From: an uncultured delta proteobacterium
GTDB taxonomy: Bacteria; Myxococcota_A; Polyangia; Fen-1088
Assembly: GCA_963737265.1 (NCBI GenBank)
Contig: CAVTRY010000016.1
Span: forward strand, 384,439-448,438
Length of the DNA stretch: 64,000 nucleotides
Reading direction: 5' to 3'
Both the position numbers and the translations under genes were made by a program. Below, piece after piece: positions 1-11,122 of the stretch; position 1 is the stretch's first letter; each line of letters starts with the position of its first letter. The notes under the pieces are model-generated. The model ran no database searches. It was not told where the DNA came from and saw nothing but the letters and a program-made list of their open reading frames with translations.

Positions 1-1
1 G

Positions 2-127
2 TTGCCGGGCTGGCTGGCGCACTGGAAGGAGATGCACGAGGATCCAGCGACGAAGATCGGACGGCCTCGTCAGATTTACACTGGACCCGTTCAGTCGGCG
101 TATGTACCCATCGAGGAGCGGCGCTAG
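2..127 (+). CDS. gltA: citrate synthase, C-terminal end (partial)
   Basis: Manual translation [28 protein letters not shown]...* is the typical citrate synthase C-terminus; lies directly upstream of sucC. Confidence 0.88.
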   Translation: MPGWLAHWKEMHEDPATKIGRPRQIYTGPVQSAYVPIEERR

Positions 128-136
128 CGGGAACGC

Positions 137-1321
137 ATGAAGATCCACGAGTACCAAGCGAAAGAGTTGCTGGCGAGGTTCGGCCTGCCGGTTCCAGCAG
201 GGATCCCCGTGCTGGAACTGGGCGGAGCCGCCGCGGCGGCGCAAAAGCTCATCCAGGCCACACAAAGTGAAACGTTGGTCGTCAAGGCGCAAATTCACGC
301 TGGCGGGCGGGGGAAGGGCGGCGGTGTCAAGGTGGTCAAGGGGGTGGACGCCGTTCGCGCGGCGGAAGCCCAGATCTTCGGCCGACCGCTGGTCACCCAC
401 CAGACAGGCCCGGAAGGGCGAATCGTCAAGCGGCTGCTGGTGGAGCAAGGGGTAGCGATCGCGCGTGAGCTCTACGCGGGCATCTTGGTCGATCGGGCGC
501 GCAGTCGCGTCGTGGTCATGGTGTCCGCCTCGGGCGGCATGGAGATCGAGGAGGCAGCCGCCCAGTCTCCCGAGAGCATTCTCATGGAGCACGTGGATCC
601 AGTGATGGGTCTGGCGCCCTATCAAGCACGTAATCTGGTCTACGCGCTTGGTCTCAAAGATCAGGTTGCCAAGAACGCCGTCGTCTTCTTGCTCAAGCTG
701 TACGACACCTTCGTGGGCCTCGATGCTTCGCTGGTCGAGATCAATCCGCTGGTGGTCAGCACGGACCTGCGCGTGTTGGCGCTCGACTGCAAGATGACCT
801 TCGACGACAACGCCCTCGACAGGCACAAGGACGTGGCGGCCATGCGCGACCTTGACGAGGAAGAACCGTCGGAGAACGAGGCGCGCACCTTCGATCTCAA
901 CTTCATCAAGCTCGAAGGAACCATCGGCTGCATGGTCAATGGTGCCGGCCTGGCTATGGCGACTATGGACATCATCAAGTATTTCGGCGCCAGCCCCGCC
1001 AACTTCCTCGATGTCGGCGGTGGCGCCAGCAAAGAAAAGGTGACCGCGGCGTTCAAGATCCTGACCGCCGACCCAGCCGTGAAAGGAATCTTCGTCAACA
1101 TCTTCGGCGGCATCATGAAATGCGACGTGATTGCCGGCGGCGTGATCGCCGCGGTGGCCGAGATAGGCTTACGTGTCCCGCTCGTTGTCCGCCTGGCAGG
1201 AACCAATGTCGAACTGGGCACCAAGATGTTGGCGGAATCCGGGCTGCCCATCACCACCGCCAGCGACATGGCCGACGGCGCCCGCAAGATTGTCGGGCTG
1301 GTTTCGGGAAAGAAGAATTAG
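137..1321 (+). CDS. sucC: succinyl-CoA ligase beta subunit
   Basis: [47 protein letters not shown]. Confidence 0.97.
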   Translation: MKIHEYQAKELLARFGLPVPAGIPVLELGGAAAAAQKLIQATQSETLVVKAQIHAGGRGKGGGVKVVKGVDAVRAAEAQIFGRPLVTHQTGPEGRIVKRLLVEQGVAIARELYAGILVDRARSRVVVMVSASGGMEIEEAAAQSPESILMEHVDPVMGLAPYQARNLVYALGLKDQVAKNAVVFLLKLYDTFVGLDASLVEINPLVVSTDLRVLALDCKMTFDDNALDRHKDVAAMRDLDEEEPSENEARTFDLNFIKLEGTIGCMVNGAGLAMATMDIIKYFGASPANFLDVGGGASKEKVTAAFKILTADPAVKGIFVNIFGGIMKCDVIAGGVIAAVAEIGLRVPLVVRLAGTNVELGTKMLAESGLPITTASDMADGARKIVGLVSGKKN

Positions 1322-1323
1322 CC

Positions 1324-2193
1324 ATGTCGATCCTCGTGGGCAAAGAAACCCGGGTTGTCGTTCAGGGCCTGACCGGCTCCGCTGGGAGCTTCCACGCCAA
1401 GCAAATGCGCGACTACGGAACGGTGGTCACGGGCGGCGTCACGCCTGGCAAGGGCGGCAGCGTTCACGAAGCTTTCCCCATCTACGACACGGTCAAGCAA
1501 GCCGTGGCGGCAACCAGCGCCAATGCCAGCGTGATCTTCGTTCCGCCCCACGGTTGCGCCGATGCCATTCTGGAAGCGGCCGACGCGGGCATCGAGATCG
1601 TCGTGTGCATCACCGAGGGAATTCCCGTGCTCAACATGGTGCGCGCGCGGCGCGCCCTGGAAGGAAAACCCTGCCGTTTGGTCGGGCCCAACTGCCCGGG
1701 CGTCATTACTCCCGGCGCCGCGAAGCTCGGCATCATGCCCGGCTACATTCACAAGCCCGGCTCGGTTGGGATCGTCTCACGCTCGGGCACGCTCACCTAC
1801 GAAGCGGCCTACCAGTTGACCGTGCTGGGCTTGGGTCAAAGTACGGCGGTCGGTATCGGCGGCGATCCGGTGAAGGGACTCGATTTCATCGAGTGTCTGG
1901 CGCTGTTCGAGGCCGATCCGGACACGGAGGCCATCCTGATGATCGGCGAAATCGGCGGCACGTCTGAAGAGGACGCCGCCACGTACATCAAGGCCCACGT
2001 GAAAAAGCCGGTGGCTGCCTTCGTGGCTGGCCTCACCGCCCCGGCGGGCCGCCGCATGGGCCACGCCGGCGCCATCATCAGCGGCGGCAAGGGCAAGGCC
2101 TCGGACAAAATCGCCGCCCTCAAGGAAGCCGGCATCGCCATCGCGCCAACGCCGGCGGAGCTTGGTAATACCATGGCGAAGGCAATGCGCTGA
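1324..2193 (+). CDS. sucD: succinyl-CoA ligase alpha subunit
   Basis: ATG 2 nt after sucC stop; [21 protein letters not shown] phospho-His motif. Confidence 0.97.
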   Translation: MSILVGKETRVVVQGLTGSAGSFHAKQMRDYGTVVTGGVTPGKGGSVHEAFPIYDTVKQAVAATSANASVIFVPPHGCADAILEAADAGIEIVVCITEGIPVLNMVRARRALEGKPCRLVGPNCPGVITPGAAKLGIMPGYIHKPGSVGIVSRSGTLTYEAAYQLTVLGLGQSTAVGIGGDPVKGLDFIECLALFEADPDTEAILMIGEIGGTSEEDAATYIKAHVKKPVAAFVAGLTAPAGRRMGHAGAIISGGKGKASDKIAALKEAGIAIAPTPAELGNTMAKAMR

Positions 2194-2283
2194 TAGTCTG
2201 GGTGAGCGCCGGCAAAGCACAGCCAACAGCGTCAGCCCGAATCATCGGCCGTCGTCACGTCAGCGAGATGAAGGCCAATCGGG

Positions 2284-2886
2284 TTAGCGGGGCGCTCGGT
2301 CGGGGCGAAAATCGCCCAGCATCGATTCCATGGCCGCCCAGATGTGGGACACGTCGTTGGCGTAGATGAGAAGGTCGCGCTTGTGGCCATGAATGTCGGC
2401 GACATGACCGTGCAGCTCGGCTTCCTTGTGAAAGCCGAGCCTTTCGAAGGTGCGGCGAGCGCCAGTCTGGCTTTCGACCATGTGGGCGACTAGCTTGTCG
2501 ATGCCAGCGTCCACGGCGAGCTTCACGATGTGGCGGGCAAGCTCGATGCCGAGTCCTTGTCCGCGCAGTGTGCGGTCGACGTTGAGGCGAATCTCGCCGA
2601 CGTGCCGGCTCCAACCGTGGAAGGTGCGGTGCAAGGTCGCTTCGCCGCGTACCGCCCCGTTCACCCTGCCCAAGATGCTGATGGCTTCGCCAGTGGCCAA
2701 CTTTGCCAAGAACCAGTCGAGCCAAGCCGAAGTCGTGACATCGTCCTTGAGAACCAGGCGATCTTCCTCGGACATCGAGCGATAAAATTGCAGCAAAGAC
2801 GCGCCATCCGCCCCAGTCGCGAGCGAAAGCGTGGCGCCCGCGCCGTTCTTCAGGTGCATAATTGAAGGAAGCGCCAGCGTATCCAT
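2284..2886 (-). CDS. GNAT family N-acetyltransferase
   Basis: VDRTLRGQGLG acetyl-CoA motif A, FERLGF; last gene of the kor operon; GGAGG upstream. Confidence 0.8.
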   Translation of the reverse strand: MDTLALPSIMHLKNGAGATLSLATGADGASLLQFYRSMSEEDRLVLKDDVTTSAWLDWFLAKLATGEAISILGRVNGAVRGEATLHRTFHGWSRHVGEIRLNVDRTLRGQGLGIELARHIVKLAVDAGIDKLVAHMVESQTGARRTFERLGFHKEAELHGHVADIHGHKRDLLIYANDVSHIWAAMESMLGDFRPDRAPR

Positions 2887-2915
2887 CACCAACCCCCTCC
2901 GCGAAAGTTTCGAAG

Positions 2916-3464
2916 CTATGCCAGGCGCGACTGGCCGAATTCGTAGCCCTTGCCGAACGCGCGCAAATTGAGGCTCTCGGTGCCCTTGGGAACCGAATCG
3001 AGGACCGCCTTCTCGACGGCGTCGTAGGGCAGAAGCCCGGTAGCGCCCGCGAAGAAGCCGACCATCACGATGTTCAGAACTAAGCGCCGGCCGAGCTCCT
3101 CGGCGAAACGGGTGGCCGGAATGCCAAGCGTGCGAGCGGTGGCCGGTACCTTGCCGCTCGGGTGAACGAGCTCTTCCTCGAACAACACGAGTCCGTCAGG
3201 GTTGAGCTGCGGTGCAAACTGCGTGCATGCATCCTGCGACATGAGCACCAGAATGTCGGGCCGGCGGACATAGGGATAGCCGATGGCGTCGTCGGCGACG
3301 ATGACTTGTGCGCTGCAAGCGCTTCCGCGCGCTTCGGGGCCAAAGGCCTGAATCATCGCCGCGTGCTTGCCGGCGTAGATGGATGCCGCCTTGCCGATGA
3401 TAGAACCGCACAAGATGATTCCCTGGCCGCCCAAACCGCCGACGCGAATCTCTGTTCTCGTCAT
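2916..3464 (-). CDS. korC: 2-oxoacid:ferredoxin oxidoreductase gamma subunit
   Basis: GGLGGQGIIL, FGPEARGS, NIVMVG. Confidence 0.9.
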   Translation of the reverse strand: MTRTEIRVGGLGGQGIILCGSIIGKAASIYAGKHAAMIQAFGPEARGSACSAQVIVADDAIGYPYVRRPDILVLMSQDACTQFAPQLNPDGLVLFEEELVHPSGKVPATARTLGIPATRFAEELGRRLVLNIVMVGFFAGATGLLPYDAVEKAVLDSVPKGTESLNLRAFGKGYEFGQSRLA

Positions 3465-3545
3465 GTTCGTTCTCCTAGGAAAGAACCCTCGAAGGGGTCT
3501 TTCGAACTCCCGCGATGAGTCCCGTCGGGCAAAACCCGCCGTGAC

Positions 3546-4430
3546 TCACGCGCCTCCGTAGGGCGTGTATTGGCTGCCGAGCGTCTGCGCGAAGTGGTCG
3601 TTCATGGCGTCGAGCCACGTGGGGCGCTCGCGGTCCACGAATTTGCCCACGGTGATCTTGCCGTCGAGGGTCAAGCCGACTTCCTTGGTGTCCGCGCCAT
3701 TCTTCACGATGCTGTTCTGTTTGTAGTTCTTGAGCTCGTCGATGCCATCGCCGCGCTTGTTCCGTCGCGAGAACAGCGTCGGGCAAGGCGACAGCGCCTC
3801 GATAAAGACAAAGCCGCGCTTCTTGAGTCCTTCCTGCATGGCCTTGGCCAGCTGGCGAACGTGGAACACCGTCCAGCGCGCGACGTAGACCGCGCCGCAG
3901 GCGTCGGCCAGAAACGGCAAGTTGAACGGCTGCTCGAAATTGCCGAACGGCATGGTGGTCTGCTTGGCCCCAATCGGCGTGGTGGGCGCAACTTGTCCGC
4001 CCGTCATGCCGTAGGTGAAGTTGTTCACGCACACGACCATGAGATCCATGTTTCGCCGGGCCGCGTGCATGAAGTGGTTGCCGCCGATGGCCGTCAGATC
4101 GCCGTCGCCGGAGTACACGACGACTTTCAGTTTTGGATTAGCCAGCTTGAGCCCGGTGGCGAAGGGAATGGCCCGGCCGTGGGTGGTGTGGAACGAATCG
4201 AGGTTCATGTAGCCGGCGACGCGGCCCGTGCAGCCGATACCGGACACGATGGCTATCTGGTCGAGATCCATGCCCGATTCGGTCAAGGCGCGCGTGAAGC
4301 AGTTCACCGTCGTGCCGATGCCGCAACTCGGGCACCAGATGTGGGGAATGCGTTCCTGGCGCAGGAACGGCATGACGGGATTGATGGTGTCGATGTCGCG
4401 CTCCGGGTGTTCTGCGGTGTCGCTGCTCAT
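3546..4430 (-). CDS. korB: 2-oxoacid:ferredoxin oxidoreductase beta subunit (TPP-binding)
   Basis: WCPSCG, SGIGC, HGRA, GDGD...IGGNH, YGMTGGQ. Confidence 0.93.
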   Translation of the reverse strand: MSSDTAEHPERDIDTINPVMPFLRQERIPHIWCPSCGIGTTVNCFTRALTESGMDLDQIAIVSGIGCTGRVAGYMNLDSFHTTHGRAIPFATGLKLANPKLKVVVYSGDGDLTAIGGNHFMHAARRNMDLMVVCVNNFTYGMTGGQVAPTTPIGAKQTTMPFGNFEQPFNLPFLADACGAVYVARWTVFHVRQLAKAMQEGLKKRGFVFIEALSPCPTLFSRRNKRGDGIDELKNYKQNSIVKNGADTKEVGLTLDGKITVGKFVDRERPTWLDAMNDHFAQTLGSQYTPYGGA

Positions 4431-5938
4431 GTCGCTACCTCGACGATCTTCTTTAGGATGGCTTCGGGTTCGTGCACCGACCCGCCCGCGTGCGGCATGC
4501 TGACAATCTTTGCTTTGCCACACACCGCGCGTTCCAGCTCGATCACCATCTGGCCCATGTTGAGCTCGGGCATGATGAAGGCCTTGGTTTTGCCGCACAG
4601 CTCGCGGATGCGCTGGGCCGGAAAAGGCCACACCACGCGCAGCCGCAGGTGCCCAACCTTGAGTCCCCGCTGGCGCGCGTCGTCGACGGCGCTCTTGGCA
4701 ATGCGGGAGGTGATACCGTACGACACCACGATGACATCCGCGTCGTCGACAAAGTCTTCGCAAACATCCACCAATTCGTCTGCCTTGTCGCGAATCTTAC
4801 GGATCAGGCGCCCGACCAGTTTGTCTTGGGTGGCGGCGTTCATGGCCGGGTAGCCGCGCTCGTCGTGGGTCAACCCGGTGACGTGGATGCGGTAGCCTTC
4901 GCCGGCCTTGGTCATCTCGGGTACGAGATCGTCGGCGGTGGTGGCGAAGGCGCGGTACTCGCTCTTGGCCTTGGTGGTGAGCTTGCGCGGAATCACCTCA
5001 ATCTGGTCGGCCGGTGGAATCGCCACCCGTTCGACCATGTGTCCCACCACCTCGTCCATCATGAACATCACCGGACAACGATAGATCTCGGCCAGGTTGA
5101 AGGCCTTGATCATGAGATCGAAGCACTCCTGGGGCGAATTGGGGACGAGCGCGATGATTTCGTAGTCGCCGTGGCTGCCCCAGCGGGCCTGCATCATGTC
5201 GCTCTGGGCTGGCAGGGTCGGCAGCCCCGTCGAAGGACCACCACGTTGAACGTCGACCCACACGCCGGGGGTTTCGGTCATGACAGCGAAGCCGATATGT
5301 TCCATCATCAACGAGAAGCCCGGGCCGCTGGTAACACTCAGAGTTTTCTTACCGCCCCAGGCGGCGCCCTGCACGGCGATGCTCGACGCCAGCTCGTCCT
5401 CCAGTTGAATGAAAATGCCGCCCACCATGGGAATGCGTGAAGCGAAACGCTCGACGATTTCCGTCGACGGGGTGATGGGATAGCCGGCGGTGAAACGACA
5501 CCCCGCCGCGATCGCGCCCTCGCACGCAGCGTGGTCGCCGTCGACAAAGTGAATACCGGTGAGAACACCCTTGGGGTCCGCGCCGACCGGATCTTGCGGG
5601 CAGGCCGCCTTGCGAGCCGCCGGCGCAGGCGCCGACGATGTGGCCGGGGCAACCAGTAACGCTTGCGGTCGTCCGTTGGTCTTGCGTTCGTCGATGTCCT
5701 TCCAACGCTCGCCGTAGATGGCGAAGTCCGGGCAGTACAACCCGCACAGATCGCAGCCGGTGCAGGCCTCCGGCGCGCTCAGGATGGGAAAGTGATAACC
5801 CTTGGGGTTGAATTCCTTCGAGAACGTCAAGCAGTCGGTGGGGCAGAAATCGATGCAAAACGAACACCCTTTGCATATCTCCGTCCGAACGAAAACCGTG
5901 CCCTTGCCCGTGCGCTGCTGCGAGATGGAATCGCTCAT
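4427..5938 (-). CDS. korA: 2-oxoacid:ferredoxin oxidoreductase alpha subunit with fused N-terminal 2x[4Fe-4S] ferredoxin (KorD-like)
   Basis: Two CxxCxxCxxxCP motifs, then GYPITPSTE, TSGPGFSLM, QRGGPSTGLPT. Confidence 0.92.
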   Translation of the reverse strand: MSDSISQQRTGKGTVFVRTEICKGCSFCIDFCPTDCLTFSKEFNPKGYHFPILSAPEACTGCDLCGLYCPDFAIYGERWKDIDERKTNGRPQALLVAPATSSAPAPAARKAACPQDPVGADPKGVLTGIHFVDGDHAACEGAIAAGCRFTAGYPITPSTEIVERFASRIPMVGGIFIQLEDELASSIAVQGAAWGGKKTLSVTSGPGFSLMMEHIGFAVMTETPGVWVDVQRGGPSTGLPTLPAQSDMMQARWGSHGDYEIIALVPNSPQECFDLMIKAFNLAEIYRCPVMFMMDEVVGHMVERVAIPPADQIEVIPRKLTTKAKSEYRAFATTADDLVPEMTKAGEGYRIHVTGLTHDERGYPAMNAATQDKLVGRLIRKIRDKADELVDVCEDFVDDADVIVVSYGITSRIAKSAVDDARQRGLKVGHLRLRVVWPFPAQRIRELCGKTKAFIMPELNMGQMVIELERAVCGKAKIVSMPHAGGSVHEPEAILKKIVEVAT

Positions 5939-6205
5939 GAGACCTCTTCCGCGAAAACCCTGGCAAAACCCAGGATTGATAGTTACCACAGTCGACGGCT
6001 CCCCGACAGTAAAAGAGGACTCCACAGGTCGAATATTGAGCACGGCTGTTTTCGTCCAGGAAAGGCCTTCCCAACCCGAAGCAGAGCAAAAAGAGGACGA
6101 GAAAGGTAGTCCAATAGGTTACCTTTGCCGAGAACTGCGCAAAAGAAGACTAAAGAGTCGCTCTTTGTGGCGACGTTGCGCTCGGACGTGGTAAGACAAC
6201 ATGCC

Positions 6206-6871
6206 ATGACAGCGTTCTGGTCCTTTTTGCGCTCCACGATTGGGCTCAAGGTGCAGATGGCGGTGTCGGGGTTTATCCTCTTCGGCTTCTGCGTCGAGCA
6301 CCTGGTCGGCATGATGCTGTTTTTCAAGGGTCCGGGCATCATCAACGGCTACGCCCGCCTGCTTCAGTATTCGCCCGGCGCGCTGTGGTCGGCGCGGACC
6401 GTGATCCTTCTGGCCGCCCTGTTCCATATCTGGTCGGCGACGGTTCTGTACCTCCGGCAACGGGCAGCGCGTCCCATCGGGTATCACCAGACCACGTCGC
6501 GGACTTTCTCCTACGCCGGAAGGACCATGAAATATTCAGGTCCGTTCGTTCTCGCCTTCGTGCTCTTCCACGTCGCGCATTTCACCTGGGGCCTGAAGGT
6601 CACGCCTGCCACCTTTGTCGAGGGTGATGTCTACGCGAACATCGCGAACAGCTTTCAGTACGGGTGGGTCGTGCTGGTGTACGTCTTGGGGGTCGGTCTG
6701 CTTGGCCTTCACCTTCTGCATGGCGGCCACAGCATGTTCGAGTCTCTCGGGCTGCGGCACGCACGTTTCGATGGCGTAATTCGCGCTGTCGTGGGCGGGG
6801 CCACCCTGGTGTGGATCGTGGGATTCATCGGTATTCCCTGCGCCATCTTCTTCAAGCTCGTTGGGGGCTAA
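6206..6871 (+). CDS. sdhC: succinate dehydrogenase/fumarate reductase cytochrome b subunit
   Basis: About five TM segments with His heme ligands, STIGLK..MAVSG, HLLHG..SMFESLG; precedes sdhA. Confidence 0.9.
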   Translation: MTAFWSFLRSTIGLKVQMAVSGFILFGFCVEHLVGMMLFFKGPGIINGYARLLQYSPGALWSARTVILLAALFHIWSATVLYLRQRAARPIGYHQTTSRTFSYAGRTMKYSGPFVLAFVLFHVAHFTWGLKVTPATFVEGDVYANIANSFQYGWVVLVYVLGVGLLGLHLLHGGHSMFESLGLRHARFDGVIRAVVGGATLVWIVGFIGIPCAIFFKLVGG

Positions 6872-6876
6872 TCGCC

Positions 6877-8790
6877 ATGGAACTCAAGTCGAACGCTCCT
6901 TCCGGTCCGCTTGCCACCGCCTGGGAGCGACACAAGTTCGAGATGAAGTTGGTGAACCCGGCCAACAAGCGGAAGTTCAGCATCATCGTTGTCGGCTCGG
7001 GCCTGGCCGGTGCGTCGGCGTCGGCGTCGTTGGCCGAGCTCGGGTACGACGTGCGTTGCTTCTGTTACCAGGACAGCCCGCGGCGCGCGCACAGCATCGC
7101 CGCCCAGGGCGGCATCAACGCCGCAAAGAACTATCAAAACGACGGCGACAGTGTTTTTCGGCTCTTTTACGACACCATCAAGGGCGGCGACTTCCGGGCA
7201 CGCGAGCACAACGTGCATCGCTTGGCGGAGGTGTCGGTCAGCATCATCGACCAGTGCGTGGCCCAAGGAGTCCCCTTCGCACGCGAGTACAGCGGCTATC
7301 TGGCCAACCGATCTTTCGGCGGGGCTCAGGTTTCTCGCACCTTCTATGCCCGCGGTCAGACTGGGCAGCAGTTGTTGCTGGGTGCGTATCAGGCGCTCGT
7401 GCGGCAGATCGCCGCGGGCAAGATCGCCATGTATCCGCGCACCGAGATGCTGGACTTGGTGGTCGTCGACGGCAAAGCGCGCGGCATCGTCACGCGCGAC
7501 ATGGTCTCCGGCAAGATCGAATCGCACGCCGCCGACGCGGTTATTTTGGCCACCGGCGGCTACGGCAACGTATTTTTTCTCTCCACCAACGCCAAGGGCT
7601 GCAACGTGACCGCCACCTGGCGCGCGCACAAGCTGGGCGCCGGTTTCGCCAATCCCTGCTTCACCCAAATTCACCCCACCTGCATTCCCGTCAGCGGCGA
7701 GCATCAGTCCAAGTTGACGTTGATGAGCGAGTCGCTGCGCAACGACGGCCGCGTCTGGGTCCCCGTCCGCGCCGGCGACCAACGCAAACCACGCGACATT
7801 CCCGACGGCGAGCGCGACTATTTCCTCGAACGCCGCTACCCCACCTTCGGCAATCTGGTACCGCGCGACGTAGCCAGCCGCGCTGCAAAAACCGTGTGCG
7901 ACGAAGGACATGGCGTGGGTCCCGGTGCGCGCGGCGTCTTCTTGGATTTCGCCGATTCCATCAAGCGCCTCGGCGAGGACGTCATCCGCGAGCGCTACGG
8001 CAACCTATTCGACATGTACGAGCGCATTACCGACGAGAACCCGTTCAAGGCTCCCATGCGCATCTATCCGGCTGTCCACTACGCCATGGGTGGCTTGTGG
8101 GTGGACTACAATCTGATGAGCACCCTCCCCGGACTCTTCGTCGCGGGCGAGGCGAATTTTTCCGACCACGGCGCCAACCGTCTGGGCGCTTCGGCGCTCA
8201 TGCAGGGGCTGGCCGACGGCTACTTCGTCATCCCGTACACCGTCGGGAACTATCTCGCCACCTCCAGGCTTGGCAAAGCCGACACCAGCGGTCCTGAATT
8301 TCGGCGCACCGAGGCGGTTGTCGGCGAACGCATCGGCAAGCTGACCGGCAACAAGGGCAAGCGTACGGCGACGTCCTTCCACCGCGAGCTTGGCAAATTG
8401 CTGTGGGACAACTGCGGCATGGCTCGCAATGCGTCGGGTTTACGGACCGCGCTCGAACAAATCCCTCGGCTGCGCGAAGAATTCTGGAGTCAAGTCACCG
8501 TGCCTGGCAGCGGTGCTGAATTGAACCAGTCGCTGGAGTACGCCGGCCGCGTAGCGGATTTCCTGGAATTCGGCGAGCTAATGTGCCGGGACGCGCTCGA
8601 ACGGAACGAGTCGTGCGGCTGCCACTACCGCGAGGAATTTCAGACCGAGGAAGGCGAAGCCAAGCGAAACGACGCCGAATTCGCTCATGTCGCGGTTTGG
8701 GAGCATCAGGGCGAAGGCAAGCCGGCCATCCGCCACAAAGAGGAGCTCACCTTCGAGAAGATTCATCTGGCCCAGCGGAGCTACAAATGA
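6877..8790 (+). CDS. sdhA: succinate dehydrogenase/fumarate reductase flavoprotein
   Basis: [32 protein letters not shown]. Confidence 0.96.
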   Translation: MELKSNAPSGPLATAWERHKFEMKLVNPANKRKFSIIVVGSGLAGASASASLAELGYDVRCFCYQDSPRRAHSIAAQGGINAAKNYQNDGDSVFRLFYDTIKGGDFRAREHNVHRLAEVSVSIIDQCVAQGVPFAREYSGYLANRSFGGAQVSRTFYARGQTGQQLLLGAYQALVRQIAAGKIAMYPRTEMLDLVVVDGKARGIVTRDMVSGKIESHAADAVILATGGYGNVFFLSTNAKGCNVTATWRAHKLGAGFANPCFTQIHPTCIPVSGEHQSKLTLMSESLRNDGRVWVPVRAGDQRKPRDIPDGERDYFLERRYPTFGNLVPRDVASRAAKTVCDEGHGVGPGARGVFLDFADSIKRLGEDVIRERYGNLFDMYERITDENPFKAPMRIYPAVHYAMGGLWVDYNLMSTLPGLFVAGEANFSDHGANRLGASALMQGLADGYFVIPYTVGNYLATSRLGKADTSGPEFRRTEAVVGERIGKLTGNKGKRTATSFHRELGKLLWDNCGMARNASGLRTALEQIPRLREEFWSQVTVPGSGAELNQSLEYAGRVADFLEFGELMCRDALERNESCGCHYREEFQTEEGEAKRNDAEFAHVAVWEHQGEGKPAIRHKEELTFEKIHLAQRSYK

Positions 8791-9572
8791 GCGCACGCGC
8801 AATGAATCTGATCCTGATGGTGTGGCGCCAAGAGGACGCCGCCGCGGACGGGCGCTTGCAGCGCATCGAAGCCAAGGATATCAGCCCGGAGATGTCTTTT
8901 TTAGAAATGTTGGACGTGGTCAACGAGCGCCTGACCCTCGCCGGCGAACGCCCCATCGCCTTCGACCACGACTGCCGCGAAGGCATCTGCGGAACCTGCG
9001 GCGTGGTCATCAACGGCATTCCCCACGGGCCCCGGCCGGGCACGACGACCTGCCAGTTGCACATGCGGCATTTTCGCGACGGGCAGACCATCGTCATCGA
9101 ACCCTACCGGGCCAAGCCATTCCCGGTGCTGCGCGATTTGATTGTGGATCGCGGCGCGCTCGACCGCATCATGGCGGCGGGCGGTTTCATCAGCGCGAAG
9201 GCGGGCTCGGCCCCGGACGGAAACGCCATTCCGGTGCCAAAGTCCAAAGCCGATGCCGCGATGGATGCGGCCGCGTGCATCGGCTGTGGCGCTTGCATCG
9301 CCGCCTGCCCCAACGCCTCGGCCATGCTGTTCGTGGGGGCGAAGATCTCCCACCTGGCGCTTCTGCCGCAGGGGCAACCCGAACGTTGGTCGCGCGCCGA
9401 AACCATGGTGGCCGCCATGGACCAGGAAGGTTTCGGCGGCTGCACCAACGTGACCGAGTGCTCCGCGGTCTGCCCGAAGGAGATCGACGTGAGCGTCATC
9501 GCACGCATGAATCGGGACAGGATTGGTGCGATTTTTATGGTAGCCAAACGGAGTTTGCAGTCAGATACTTAA
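8787..9572 (+). CDS. sdhB: succinate dehydrogenase/fumarate reductase Fe-S subunit
   Basis: [34 protein letters not shown]; ATGA overlap with sdhA. Confidence 0.95.
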   Translation: MSARAMNLILMVWRQEDAAADGRLQRIEAKDISPEMSFLEMLDVVNERLTLAGERPIAFDHDCREGICGTCGVVINGIPHGPRPGTTTCQLHMRHFRDGQTIVIEPYRAKPFPVLRDLIVDRGALDRIMAAGGFISAKAGSAPDGNAIPVPKSKADAAMDAAACIGCGACIAACPNASAMLFVGAKISHLALLPQGQPERWSRAETMVAAMDQEGFGGCTNVTECSAVCPKEIDVSVIARMNRDRIGAIFMVAKRSLQSDT

Positions 9573-9620
9573 GGTGTAGTCGGATTGGGTTCGGAGACAT
9601 TTCGATTTTCGGGGGCAACC

Positions 9621-10376
9621 ATGACGTCTTGTACGATGTGCGCGAGAGACTTCCCTTCGGAATACAAGTACTGTCCACAGTGTGGCGTGCCTTTCGCCAA
9701 CGAGAGCGACCCGCACTACTGGGGCCGCAAGGCACTTACCTCACGCCTCAACGGCGATGACCTTTCGAGCTCGATCGAGTCCATCAAGAAAGCATGTGCC
9801 TTGGCGCCCGGCAACGCACACCTCATCTCCGGTCTCGGCAATCTGTACTATCGCGCTGGCGAGCTGGAAAAGTCGATCGAGGCCTTCAAGCAGGCGGTTG
9901 CCATCAAGCCGGACTACCCGGACGCACATTACGACCTGGCGCTTTCCTACTACCGAACCGGCCAGATCAAGCTGGCCATCAAGTCGCTGGAAAAGTGCGT
10001 GGAGATAAGCCGGGACTATCTCGCGGCCTATTACTGGCTGGGTATCACCTACTACCACGTCGGCAAAGAGATCGAGGCCATCGCAGCTTTTCGCCACTTG
10101 CTCGCGCTCAACCCGGCGTCTGTCATCGCCAACTACCACCTGGGCGTGAACTATGCCTCGCTCGGCAGGTACGATGAGGCCATCGCGAATTTCAAGCGAG
10201 TGCTCGAAGTTTGCCCGGACGACCAGGCAGCGGCGTACCACCTGGGAATGGCGTACTACAACGCACAAAAGATCTCCGAGGCTACCAGCGTATTTCGCAA
10301 GGTCGTGGAACGGGATCCAGAGGACCAGCGCGCCAACCAAATGTTCGAGATGCTGACCGAAGTGCCGAGCATCTGA
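9621..10376 (+). CDS. zinc-ribbon plus tetratricopeptide repeat protein
   Basis: CTMC...CPQCG followed by about six 34-aa TPR units. Confidence 0.85.
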   Translation: MTSCTMCARDFPSEYKYCPQCGVPFANESDPHYWGRKALTSRLNGDDLSSSIESIKKACALAPGNAHLISGLGNLYYRAGELEKSIEAFKQAVAIKPDYPDAHYDLALSYYRTGQIKLAIKSLEKCVEISRDYLAAYYWLGITYYHVGKEIEAIAAFRHLLALNPASVIANYHLGVNYASLGRYDEAIANFKRVLEVCPDDQAAAYHLGMAYYNAQKISEATSVFRKVVERDPEDQRANQMFEMLTEVPSI

Positions 10377-10454
10377 TTCGCCGGTCCCCCTTCCTGCGCG
10401 TCGGCTGGAAGATTGACCTACTCATGGCCTAGGGACTAGCGTTCGTTCACTGCC

Positions 10455-11081
10455 ATGGCAACCATTACATCGTCGGTCACGGTCATTCCTGGGACACTCG
10501 CGAGCGCCCACAAACTCGACGCCCGCGTGCAGGTACTGCGGCAGCGCTTTCCCAGGGCCATCATCGACCGCTACCTGGAATTGATTCCTGAATTCGCCGA
10601 CGGCGTCCTGGTGGCTCCCGGAGCGTCGGTGATTGGCGACGTCCGCTTGGGAAAGGACGTCTCGTTTTGGTACAGCAGCGTGGCGCGCGGGGATCTGGCG
10701 CCGATCATCGTGGGTGACCGTTCCAACATTCAGGATGGCTCGGTCATGCACGTAGCGGACAATATGCCGTGCATCGTCGGCGCCGACGTCGTCGTCGGCC
10801 ATCGTGTGATGCTGCACGCCTGCCACGTCGAGGACGCCTGTCTTATCGGTATGCAGGCCACCCTGCTCGACGACTGCGTGATCGGCACGGGCTCCATCGT
10901 CGGCGCGGGCGCCCTCGTCACGCAACGGACGGTGATTCCGCCTCACAGTCTCGTCTTGGGCGCGCCGGCCAAGGTGATGCGCGCGCTTCCCGAATCCGTG
11001 GCCGACGACCACCGCGCTTTAGCCGCGAAATATGTACGCACTAAGGAGAACTACCTGCGCGACAGCTTGCGGCGGGGATAG
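10455..11081 (+). CDS. gamma-carbonic anhydrase family (YrdA-like) hexapeptide-repeat protein
   Basis: ARGD, SNIQDGSVMH, GHRVMLHAC Zn-ligand motifs. Confidence 0.9.
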   Translation: MATITSSVTVIPGTLASAHKLDARVQVLRQRFPRAIIDRYLELIPEFADGVLVAPGASVIGDVRLGKDVSFWYSSVARGDLAPIIVGDRSNIQDGSVMHVADNMPCIVGADVVVGHRVMLHACHVEDACLIGMQATLLDDCVIGTGSIVGAGALVTQRTVIPPHSLVLGAPAKVMRALPESVADDHRALAAKYVRTKENYLRDSLRRG

Positions 11082-11122
11082 TCACCCTTAATTGGAAGAT
11101 TGTGCGGGACCCGGATTGTCCA

